Shown: in pieces, positions 53,293 to 64,000 of the stretch | How positions within the stretch are numbered: position 1 is the stretch's first letter | Layout of the letters: every line of letters starts with the position of its first letter | Origin: Macrostomum hystrix | Lineage: Eukaryota > Animalia > Platyhelminthes | Direction of reading: 5' to 3' | Assembly: GCA_950097015.1 (NCBI GenBank) | Contig: CATNEN010000039.1 | Span: 16,058,001-16,122,000, forward strand | DNA length: 64,000 bases | Position numbers and translations under genes: made by a program | The notes under the pieces: model-generated | Seen by the model: the letters and a program-made list of their open reading frames with translations, nothing else | What the model was told of the DNA's origin: nothing | Database searches by the model: none

Positions 53293-53767
53293 TATTGCGC
53301 TTGCTGTTTTTTTCTATGTCAGCTAATTTCACTTGTCTCGCTAGAAAATTAATGAGGTCTTGAAAAACTCGCTGCTTATTTAATGTTTAACTTAACAGAC
53401 TCCTTCAGCTTTGCTACACTCTAATATTTCTAACACTAACAGATTATTCAAATGCACAAAGCCAGACACAACAGCTAATGTTTTCTGCATGCGTTTTAAC
53501 AATTCAGTAGAGCTATTTTTTAGTTGCACAGAGTATAACAATAAAATAGAATGAAAAATCATTTTTGGTTTTAGTAAATTTCACTAGCAAGTTTTGCCCC
53601 TATTCAGGGAGCAGAAAAGTTTTTAATTCGTCTAGTATATACTTTTTAGCAGCTGTATTTTCAGTTTTTTAAGCTATAATGATCCCCCAGTTGACAATGA
53701 TCCCCCAGTTGACAATGATCCCCCAAGCAGCACTGAGACTGAGTGCGGTGAGTGCGGTGGCGTCCCA

Positions 53768-54600
53768 GTGTCTGTCTTTTGTCTTTATAGACGCCGAAAC
53801 CGCTCAACCAAATCGCACCAAACTTTGCACATACCTAAAACCACCTACGCTGAGTGCAATAGGCTACTCAAATTCCCGAAAAATCATTTCCTTCCTGCTC
53901 AAAAGTGCAAAAAACTGCTCAAAAATCGTCAAAAAAGCTCAAGGCAAAAGTTTACCCGAACCTGATGGTTCGATATGCTGACGTTGACTGGCTGTCAGAG
54001 AGGGCAATTCTGTGTCCTAGAAATGATGCCGCCAACGAAATTAACTACCAACTGCTTCAGGAGTTGCCAGGTGCAGTTTTCACCTACAAGTCAATTGATA
54101 CAACGTTGACTGATGACACCGCTGTGGAGTATCCTGTTGAGTTTCTGAACTCTCTAGATCCTCCTGGAACTCCATCGCACAACTTGCAGCTGAAAGTTGG
54201 GGCACCAATTATGCTCCTCCGCAACCTGAATGCGCCAAGGCTGTGTAACGGCACCAGACTGATAGTCAGGCGGCTCTTCCCACACGTGATTGAGGCCACG
54301 ATAATGACTGGATCTGGCAGAGGAGAGTCTGTGTTCGTTCCCCGGATTCCAATTATCCCCACGGACCTGCCATTTCAGTTCAAGCGACTGCAGTTCCCTG
54401 TGAGAGTGTGCTTTGCGATGACTATTAACAAGGCTCAGGGACAGTCGCTGAAGGTGGCTGGCATCAACCTGGAGACTCCTTGCTTCTCGCATGGGCAGCT
54501 TTATGTCGCCTGCTCCCGTGTTGGAACTCCAGCTGGCCTATTCATTTTCGCACCAAGGGGAAGAACGAAGAATGTGCTGTATCCCCAGGCCTTGAGGTGA
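53768..54600 (+). mobile_element. Helitron deletion derivative: 5'-end sequence fused to the PIF1-helicase C-terminus
   Basis: RAILCPRN...LKVGAPIMLLRNLN...LCNGTRL...FAMTINKAQGQS...FSHGQLYVACSRV. Segment 53777-53935 matches ~61975-62133 in reverse complement. Confidence 0.9.
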
Positions 54601-54752
54601 CTCGCAAGCAATTAATAGAAAAGTAGTCACGAATTGACCTTGACCTGTCTAACTCTGAACTCTGAAACAGTTTAGTTTTGTTTCTTTGACATTGTTATTG
54701 TTATGCCATGGCTATTTTCCTTATGTATACGCGTGTACATGCATACTGTATA

Positions 54753-55036
54753 CAGAGGCAGATTTAGGGGGGGGGGGGGGCGGGGGGGCAGTCGCCCCCC
54801 CCCCAAAAATTTTAATCATGGGAATAAGATGCCCCCACCAGGGGCGCCAGTCGCAGCACTGGCGCCCCTTTTCAGCCGCTGGCGCCCCTTTTTCAGCCGC
54901 TGGCTCCCGTTTTTCAGCCGCTGGCGCCCTTTCTTGGCTCCTGGCGCCCTTTTTCGGCCGCTGGCACCCCCTCTGTGATTCTCATGGCGCTCCCCTGACA
55001 GACCGCCCCAAAACAAAATTCCTGGATCTGCCACTG
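54753..55036. mobile_element. hAT-type MITE
   Basis: Imperfect TIR CAGAGGCAGATTTAGG/CCTGGATCTGCCACTG with a perfect 8-bp TSD ACTGTATA (54745-52, 55037-44). Confidence 0.88.
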
Positions 55037-55260
55037 ACTGTATAGAGGAGTGGCTAAGAGACATGTTTCTAAAGAAGTAATCAAGAGGGGGCTGTTTGGA
55101 CAAACTTTTCACTTATTTTTTACTTAAAACGCCCTTAAACAAACTCTTCACTTTTCATTAATGCAGTAAATAAATAAATGGTGACCTTCACTATAAAGTT
55201 AATACAGAGACGTGAATTGCTTACTGCTTTGCTTTAAATTTCTGCCCCAAAAACAACCCG

Positions 55261-55652
55261 ACTCGATTCGCCCGACTCCAAGGTCAACACGCTGAGTCGC
55301 GAGTCCCAGGCTGAGCTCGTGTCCGCGCTGAGATCTGCCGAATCCAACGCCGATGTGAAAGCTCTGGTGCTGATCTCCGGCAAGCCGGGCTGTTTCATCG
55401 CCGGCGCCGACATCCAGATGCTGGCCGCTTGCAAATCTGCAGCCGAGGTGACGCAATTGTCCAAGTCTGGCCAGGCCGACTTGCAAGCCCTCGAAGACTG
55501 CAAGAAGCCGGTGGTGGCTGCCATAATGGGCCAGTGTCTGGGCGGCGGCCTAGAGGTGGCTCTGGCTGCTCACTATCACATCGCTGTCAACGATAAGAAG
55601 ACTGTACTCGGCGTGCCGGAGGTTATGCTTGGCCTGCTGCCTGGCGCCGCAG
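55261..55652 (+). pseudogene. HADHA: Isolated exon of mitochondrial trifunctional enzyme alpha (enoyl-CoA hydratase domain)
   Basis: SKVNTL...KPGCFIAGADIQML...CLGGGLEVAL...PEVMLGLLPGA with donor |gtaaac. The acceptor position reads CG, not AG, and no neighbouring exons were seen. Confidence 0.7.
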
Positions 55653-56570
55653 GTAAACTAGTCGCCGTTTGACCGATATGTATTGAAATTTAAGGTTTTG
55701 CCTATATGTATCAAAAAATCCGTTTGCCTGTTCTATAAAGCTTGCTTGCGTTGAAGCTATCTCTCAGTTAAAACTAAGGGCCGAAGTTTACACTGCCGAG
55801 AAAGAAGCTAAGATCAAACTGTTTCGAAAAACCAAGTTTTCTCGGCTGTTACTAAAGTGAATTCACCATAGAAAATTGCGCCCTAGTGAACAATTGAAGT
55901 CTCTCTTGTGTCTCTCTAATAGGTCCTCCTGAAGGGCGTCTTCTTCGTTACCTCCGAAAGATAACGGATAACTCAAATCAATTTAATAATCCTCTAGGAA
56001 TGTATCCTCGGGAAACAAGGAGGCCTTTCTCAAATGTATCGACGATATGTGGCTCTCGTAAACTTAGTTCAATTCAACAACGATTGCTAGCAATAAATTA
56101 CTCTGTCTAGTAAAGCGCTTACCACTTGTCTTTCCCTCAGAGATGGGTCCTCTTCTTCGTAAGATGTTTTGAAGTTCGGTGGACCGCTCCGAGTCTGAAT
56201 TTTTAGCTCGGATTTTCGCTTGTATTTATAGTAAAATTTTGGGGAAAAACCGGTTCTACTACCGGGTGTTTACTTAGGTCACACATATTTGTTTAGTGAG
56301 TCATGATTGTGAGTTTTTACCATATTTGGAATATTGTGTAAACACAGACGCAGAAACCGATGAATCATAATTGTTTGCTTTACCATATTTTGAATTCAAG
56401 CAAACACAGCTGTCAAGAACCGGTTCTCCGGTTTCATGTCACATGACTTGTTTCTAAAAATAGCGTATGACTCATTCCTAAAAATAGATTAAATGTTGTA
56501 GCTAAGAGTTCCTTATGGCATTACTTTAAGTAGCGCGTTAAGCAAAAAGCACATTTTACAACTCTCTACA

Positions 56571-56911
56571 ACTGTTAAGTGCTGTGCACTGTTAAGTGCT
56601 GTGCACTGTTAAGTGCTGTGCACTGTTAAGTGCTGTGCACTGTTAAGTGCTGTGCACTGTTAAGTGCTGTGCACTGTTAAGTGCTGTGCACTGTTAAGTG
56701 CTGTGCACTGTTAAGTGCTGTGCTCTGTTAAGTGCTGTGCACTGTTAAGTGCTGTGCACTGTTAAGTGCTGTGCACTGTTAAGTGCTGTGCACTGTTAAG
56801 TGCTGTGCACTGTTAAGTGCTGTGCACTGTTAAGTGCTGTGCACTGTTAAGTGCTGTGCACTGTTAAGTGCTGTGCACTGTTAAGTGCTGTGCACTGTTA
56901 AGTGCTGTGCA
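56571..56911. repeat. 17-bp minisatellite (ACTGTTAAGTGCTGTGC)n
   Basis: Near-perfect tandem array. Confidence 0.97.
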
Positions 56912-58731
56912 TGGCTGGACCGTACTTAAACAACAAAAAGCTGTTGCCCTGAAAATTTATTTGCCCTAGTCTAAAGCTCGTTTGACAAGCTGATTTTGAT
57001 TCTTACTCGAAACTTTCCTTCGACGTCCACCGAGCCAAGGATCACGACGCCAGTTCTTCTAGTATAATTTTATCTTAATGACGCTTAAAAATGTCAGCCC
57101 TAATAAACAGGTTTAAAAAAGTTTCATATTTAAACCAGAGCGGCGTTTCCAAGGCCAAACCTGGGTTGAAGCGCGGTAAATCCCCGGCTTTGAAGTTTTC
57201 TATTTTTAAAGTCTATAGCAACTCACTTCTTCTAGCAATGTGCGAGTACAAGCGTGCACATGTGTGCAGCGGAAAAGCGCCTTGCACACTTGAAAGTTCG
57301 CTTTCGAAAGAGAAAAGTGTTTTTAAAATTCTTTTTTGTAAGGTTGCGTCCAAAGCTCTACTTTAAAAGGTCGAGTCTCGAGGTGTAAAAATAAAAATGG
57401 TGGAATTTTTAGTGGACAATATTATCTCGTACATCAATATTAAAGATTCGCTGCTGTAAGCAGCTCTTAATTGTACATTTCCTTAAGTGTTTCCTTATTT
57501 GGGTGTCATTGTCAAGTAGAGATTATCTGGCTGAGACTATCAACGAGAGATTGCCAAGAAGAGATTATTAAGTAGAGATTTTCGGCATGATCTGAGTAAG
57601 ATTCGATAGACAAATAGTACAAATCGATAGAACAACATGCCTACTAAAGTATAATTTGTGTAAAGGGGTATATGAAATACACTAGCGCTTATGGAAAAAA
57701 AAATCCGACCTTTCCGGCCAGAAACATTGAATATCTCGACGGTCTAAAGAGCTGGTGACTTGATTCTTGTTTCAGAAGTTGCGCAACAAAAAGTTGGCCC
57801 GTGTTTGGTGATTCTGGAAGTTGTTTCATCGGATAGAGCGGAAACTTTTAGCGCTCAATTACATCGTCGGCGGTAATTAAAGCTCCCCCATTTCAACTAG
57901 TCAGATTTGTGCCTTATTTTGGGACAAACACAGAAAAAAGTAGTTTAGTTTTGACTCGTAGTAGCTTCTTTTTCTCTTTTCTCTCTCCTTGACTTTTACC
58001 ATAGACATGAGAAGGGATACTCCACCGGAGATTAACACGTTTTTTTCTATTTAACTGCATTTAAATATTCTGGGAACCACGCTCAGATACAGTTCAACTA
58101 CAAACATGCAATGTGAAATACAGTTCTCAACAACACATATTAACCAAAAAATTAAACTTCAGAAACGGGCAGAAATTAAACTCATCGTTGGTAACGGACT
58201 ATGAGTAATAAATTCTAATTTTGAATGTTACCCTTTCTCTACTAAGCTAAATAGATTTTCCCTTGTCCGTGCCGTGGTTTTTCCGCGGCACGGACATTGG
58301 AAGAACCAAAACCAATGACCATAGTCACTGATGAGGGGATAGTATTCACATGTACCTTAGTAGCATTAAGCTGAGTTGATCAAACGTAAGTTACTTGTGT
58401 AATTTTGCCCCAATGGGGCTCTTGGTGTACAGACCGGATGTCTCAGAATGTATTCAAGCTCAGACTGACTATTTTTGTATTTAGTGAGAATTCTAATTCT
58501 CTTTGATTCGCAATCACGTATATTCACAATCACGGAGATTAATATACTGACGAAATGAGTTTTCGTTTTTGTTTGCTTTCAGGTGTGTTTTGTCCCTATG
58601 CATTGCACAAGATTTTTTGTCTGAACAGCAGTGCCCCCCAAGGGGGCTTAGTGTGCCAGTATCCATCCAATATACTAAAATTCAAAACTATATTTCAATC
58701 TATCTATATATCTCGTATATATATAGGAACC

Positions 58732-60715
58732 TTGGCTAAATCATGGCTAAACCCGAGTCAGAATCATGGCTAAACCGGAGTTTCAATCATGGCTAAACCC
58801 GAGTTTGAATCATGGCTAAACCCGAGTTTCAATCATGGCTAAACCCGAGTTTCAATCATGGCTAAACCCGAGTTTCAATAATGGCTAAACCCGAGTTTGA
58901 GTCATGGCTAACCCCGAGTTTGAATCATGGCTAAACCCGAGTTTCAATCATGGCTAAACCGGAGTTTGAGTCATGGCTAAACCCGAGTTTGAATCATGGC
59001 AAAACCCGAGCTTGAATCATGGCAAAACCCGAGTTTGAATCATGGCAAAACCCGAGTTTGAATCATGGCAAAACCCGAGTGTGAATCATGGCAAAACCCG
59101 AGTTTCAATCATGGCTAAACCAGAGTTTCAATCATGGCTAAACCCGAGTTTCAATCATAACTAAACCCGAGTTTCAATTATGGCAAAACCCGAGTTTCAA
59201 TCATAACTAAACCCGAGTTTCAATTATGACAAAACCCGAGTTTCAATCATGGCTAAAACCGAGTTTCAATCATGATTAAACCCGAGTTTGAATCATGGCT
59301 AAACCCGAGTTTGAATCATGGCAAAACCAGAGTTTGAATCATGGCTAAACCCGAGTTTGAATCATGGCAAAACCCGAGTTTGAATCATGGCAAAACCCGA
59401 GTTTGAATCATGGCAAAACCCGAGTTTGAATCATGGCAAAACCCGAGTGTGAATCATGGCAAAACCCGAGTTTGAATCATGGCAAAACCCGAGTGTGAAT
59501 CATGGCAAAACCCGAGTTTCAATCATGGCTAAACCAGAGTTTCAATCATGGCTAAACCCGAGTTTCAATCATGTCTAAACCAGAGTGTGAATCATGGCAA
59601 AACCCGAGTTTCAATCATGGCTAAACCCGAGTTTGAATCATGGCTAAACCCGAGTTTCAATCATGGCAAAACCCGAGTTTGAGTCATGGCTAACCCCGAG
59701 TTTGAATCATGGCTAAACCCGAGTTTCAATCATGGCTAAACCGGAGTTTGAGTCATGGCTAAACCCGAGTTTGAATCATGGCAAAGCCCGAGTTTGAATC
59801 ATGGCAAAACCCGAGTGTGAATCATGGCAAAACCCGAGTTTCAATCATGGCTAAACCAGAGTTTCAATCATGGCTAAACCCGAGTTTCAATCATGTCTAA
59901 ACCAGAGTGTGAATCATGGCAAAACCCGAGTTTCAATCATGGCTAAACCCGAGTTTGAATCATGGCTAAACCCGAGTTTCAATCATGGCAAAACCCGAGT
60001 TTGAGTCATGGCTAACCCCGAGTTTGAATCATGGCTAAACCCGAGTTTCAATCATGGCTAAACCGGAGTTTGAGTCATGGCTAAACCCGAGTTTGAATCA
60101 TGGCAAAACCCGAGTTTCAATCATAACTAAACCCGAGTTTCAATTATGGCAAAACCCGAGTTTCAATCATGGCTAAAACCGAGTTTCAATCATGATTAAA
60201 CCCGAGTTTGAATCATGGCTAAACCCGAGTTTAAAATCATGGCACAACCAGAGTTTGAATCATGGCTAAACCCGAGTTTGAATCATGGCAAAACCCGAGT
60301 TTGAATCATGGCTAAACCCGAGTTTGAATCATGGCTAAACCCGAGTTTGAATCATGGCTAACCCCGAGTTTCAATCATGGCTAAACCCGAGTTTGAATCA
60401 TGGCTAACCCCGAGTTTCAATCATGGCTAAACCCGAGTTTCAATCATGGCTAAACCCGAGTTTGAATCATGGCTAAACCCGAGTTTCAATCATGACTAAA
60501 CCCGAGTTTCAATCATGGCTAAGCCCGAGTTTCAATCATGGCTAAACCAGAGTGTGAATCATGGCAAATCCCGAGTTTCAATCATGGCTAAACCAGAGTT
60601 TCAATCATGGCTAAACCCGAGTTTCAATCATGTCTAAACCAGAGTGTGAATCATGGCAAAACCCGAGTTTCAATCATGGCTAAACCCGAGTTTCAATCAT
60701 TGCAAAACCAGAATT
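58732..60715. repeat. 23-bp minisatellite (TCATGGCTAAACCCGAGTTTSAA)n
   Basis: Array of ~2 kb. Confidence 0.97.
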
Positions 60716-60875
60716 TAAATCAATTTTTCTTCTGTCATTGATCTGAATTCTCTACATTTTGATTTTGTTATCTTATAACGTCATAATGATATATGTTTGC
60801 ATGATAATAATTTTGCCTAATATTCATTAAATTAAATTTTTCTACTCAATTTTATACAAAAGCAGCTGGAGAACA

Positions 60876-61660
60876 TTGTCAACTGGGGATCATCATAAAT
60901 GTGGGTCATCATCAACTGGGGGATCATCATAAATGTGGGTCATCATCAACTGGGGGATCATCATCAACTGGGGGATCATCATCAACTGGGGGATCATTGT
61001 CAACTGGGGGATCATTGTCAACTGGGGGATCATTGTCAACTGGGTTAGATCATCATCAACTGGGGGATCATTGTCAACTGGGGGTTCATGGTCAACTGGG
61101 GGATCATTGTCAACTGGGGGATCATTGTCAACTGGGGGATCATTGTCAACTGGGGGATCATTGTCAACTGGGGGTTCATGGTCAACTAGGGGATCATTGT
61201 CAACTGGGGATCATCATAAATGTGGGTCATCATCAACTGGGGGTTCATCATCAACTGGGGGATCATCATCAACTGGGGGATCATTGTCAACTGGGGGATC
61301 ATTGTCAACTGGGGGATCATTGTCAACTGGGTTAGATCATCATCAACTGGGGGATCATTGTCAACTGGGGGTTCATGGTCAACTGGGGGATCATTGTCAA
61401 CTGGGGGATCATTGTCAACTGGGGGATCATTGTCAACTGGGGGATCATTGTCAACTGGGGGATCATTGTCAACTGGGGGATCATTGTCAACTGGGGGATC
61501 ATTGTCAACTGGGGGATCATTGTCAACTGGGGGTTCATGGTCAACTAGGGGATCATTGTCAACTGGGGGTTCATGGTCAACTGGGGGATCATTGTCAACT
61601 GGGGGATCATTGTCAACTGGGGGTTCATGGTCAACTGGGGAATCATTGTCAACTGGGGGC
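60876..61660. repeat. 18-bp minisatellite (GTCAACTGGGGGATCATT)n
   Basis: Tandem units. About 2.5 reverse-complement units also occur at 53678-53725. Confidence 0.95.
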
Positions 61661-62180
61661 CAGTAGACAGTTTCGGGGTTTGGGCTGTGTACATTCACGG
61701 CTTGAAATACAATGTACAGTCTGGGGCTTCGGCGCCCGGGGAAGGGAGGGGGGTGGCTGTAATAAAATTTGGCCCGCAGAGTGGCGGAGGGGAGTTGGGG
61801 TGGCTGTCCTCGGAAAACAAAAAGTGACTCACTTTGAGATGATGCAGCTTTGCTCTGGATTGAGTAGAGATGTTCAAAATTGACAGCATTGTTGGAAAAC
61901 ATGTAAAGTGTAAGTGGATCAAATTTGGAGAAAATCTGACAAAGTGGGGCGACGATATGTCGAATTGAGTGATTTTTTGACGATTTTTGAGCAGTTTTTT
62001 GCACTTTTGAGCAGGAAGGAAATGATTTTTCGGGAATTTGAGTAGCCTATTGCACTCAGCGTAGGTGGTTTTAGGTATGTGCAAAGTTTGGTGCGATTTG
62101 GTTGAGCGGTTTCGGCGTCTATAAAGACAAAAGGTTGCACACACACAGACAGACAGAGTTTTCACTTTTATATATATAGA
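61660..62180 (-). mobile_element. Non-autonomous Helitron 5' portion
   Basis: The minus strand starts TCTATATATATAAAAGTG...TGTCTGTCTG...CCGAAACCGCTCAACC, a typical Helitron 5' end. Partial duplicate at 62182-62236. Confidence 0.75.
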
Positions 62181-63132
62181 CTATAAAGACAAAAGGTTGC
62201 ACACACACAGACAGACAGAGTTTTCACTTTTATATACGAATATGTTACTCGTATATAGATAAGACCCAACTGCTTGGAAAGAAACGGGGTTTTAATGAAT
62301 CGATGCTAAAAAGTAACGAGTTTCTTAAACACTAACGGTAAGGTATCGGAAACGGAACTAATAGTGAAATAAAAAACACATATAAAAACTTCAAAAGCAA
62401 AAAAAGTAACGGAATCTTAGAACACTAACGCTGAGAAATTAACTAAGGCTTCCCAGGGAATAAAAAAACAGAAAGTCTTTTGGAAAGCAGAATGGACCAA
62501 CGCGTGAAGCGTTAAATTAATTTATTTGTCAACCTATTTGGAATTTATAAAAAAGTTAAAATCAAGAAGTTTAAAATGACGAGTAAAACAACAAAGAAAA
62601 ACAGCGCGAATTAAAATATGTAACGGTAGCACTCGATTTTTGTTAATATTTGGCCTAGTTTTATTGATGAAAACGACAGGCAGATTGCAAAAGTTAATAG
62701 ATACTTTGATTTGTTCATCAAAGCTACCGTCGTTCAAAACAGAAATCAATAAGCAAACAGGTTGAGGTCTCGCATAGATAAAAATTCACTGTGTCATGTT
62801 CTGTTTTACTAGACACAAAAACACATGAAATGAACGATTAACCTGCACTATATGGTTAAGAGATCGAAAGAATTTGAAACTAGAATATGATACTACTATC
62901 AAGTTCAATTAGCGACATGTGACAACAGTAAATATACATGCAATGAGCTACAAATCAGTGCATATATTGCGTGAAATGATAAAAGTTTAAATATATATGT
63001 TTAACAAATAGTTTGATTGATTGATTGATTAATTGATTAGTTGATACATGGATAAAAATCATCAGTTGTGAAAAACTACAATCAATTAAAACAGACTAGT
63101 ACTTTAACTTGTAAACAATAGGCAGAAATAAT

Positions 63133-64000
63133 CGTAGGGCTTCTGCAGCGGAGCTCGGTGACCATCCCGCCGCACGAAAACGTAGGTGCAGGCGTCGAGG
63201 GCCGCCGGCCAAGCGGTGCGGTGACTGCCGTGATGCGCTGTCGGCGTCGGCCGGAAGGCTTGCACGGCGCTGCGGAGCTGTCCCAGGAACTGGCTGGGCC
63301 GGCGGGCTGGCTGGGCTGCAGGCATTCGCCGGGCACGCAGAGGGGCGCGCCGTAGACCAGCTCGGCCGACGATGCTGGCAGGTCCTCCTTGGGGGCCGTC
63401 CGGATGCCGAGCAACCCCCACGGTAGCTCGCTGACCCAGGCCGGCCCTGCCAGCCTCGCCATGAGGGCGGCCTTCAGCTGCCGGTGGAACCGCTCTACCA
63501 GCCCGTTCGCCTGCGGATGGAAAGCCGTGGTCCGGTGCAGCTGCATGCCGAGGAGCTGGGAGACGTTGGACAACAGCTGCGAGGTGAACTGGGGACCGCG
63601 GTCCGAGGTGATGTCGCTCGGCACGCCAAACCGGGCGATCCAATGAGCGATGAAGGCGGCGGCGCAGGCGGCGGCGGACGTATCGGTCATCGGGATCGCC
63701 TCCGGCCAGCGGGTGAAGCGGTCCACGATGGTCAGCAGGTGCGTGAAACCCTGCGACAGCGCTAGCGGCCCCACTAGGTCGACGTGCACGTATGCGAAGC
63801 GCTGGTCTGGCACGCGAATGTTGTCCACCGGGGCGGCGACGTGGCGGTGCACCTTGGCCGTCTGGCAGGCGACGCAGGCGCGGGCCCACCTGCTGACGTC
63901 CCGGTTCATGCCGACCCACACGAACTTGGCGGCCACGAGGCGCCGCGTGCTGCGAACCGACGGGTGCGCGAGGCCGTGGATGGCGTCGAAAACGGCGCGG
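63133..64000 (-). mobile_element. Gypsy integrase region, same family as 45381-48199, running off the window
   Basis: H...HP...CVACQ zinc finger, VHVDLVGP, ITSDRGPQF, HPQANGLVERFH. Confidence 0.93.

Noticed and set aside
53905-54600. Host PIF1 helicase gene
   Set aside because: It is only a C-terminal fragment, intronless, and fused to Helitron terminal sequence.
314-61883. Long low-complexity ORFs (MSEF, PFHL, IVAR, HIYPP, ETLGEKVR and similar)
   Set aside because: They are translations of stop-free minisatellites in several frames or strands, mostly inside introns.

Overview
Eukaryotic (invertebrate animal) genomic DNA that is very rich in short-period minisatellites. GC-rich exons inside AT-rich, minisatellite-filled introns suggest a free-living flatworm such as Macrostomum, but this is inference only. 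Positions ~2.2-35 kb (+) hold 14 GT-AG exons of an alpha-neurexin (LNS2-LNS3-EGF2-LNS4-LNS5-EGF3-LNS6, Cys-loop stalk, TM, 4.1 motif, PDZ ligand KEWYV). The exon phases join into one 4136-nt open frame; the signal peptide, LNS1 and EGF1 lie upstream of the window. The rest of the window holds a divergent class-A GPCR (-), Tc1/IS630 remnants, a deleted Gypsy element and a second integrase-bearing copy, the last exon of acetyl-CoA synthetase (-), LINE fragments, a two-exon Ly6/three-finger-like gene with a rearranged C-terminus, Helitron pieces, a hAT MITE and an orphan HADHA exon. The most interesting pattern is that the minisatellites sit against splice sites and several are built from regulatory motifs. 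A GC-box array lies at the beta-neurexin promoter position, a CCAAT array at the gamma-neurexin position, an AATAAA array follows an LNS5 exon, one array repeats a 5' splice site, and complementary GATCCC/GGGATC arrays bracket two exons. All functional readings are untested hypotheses.
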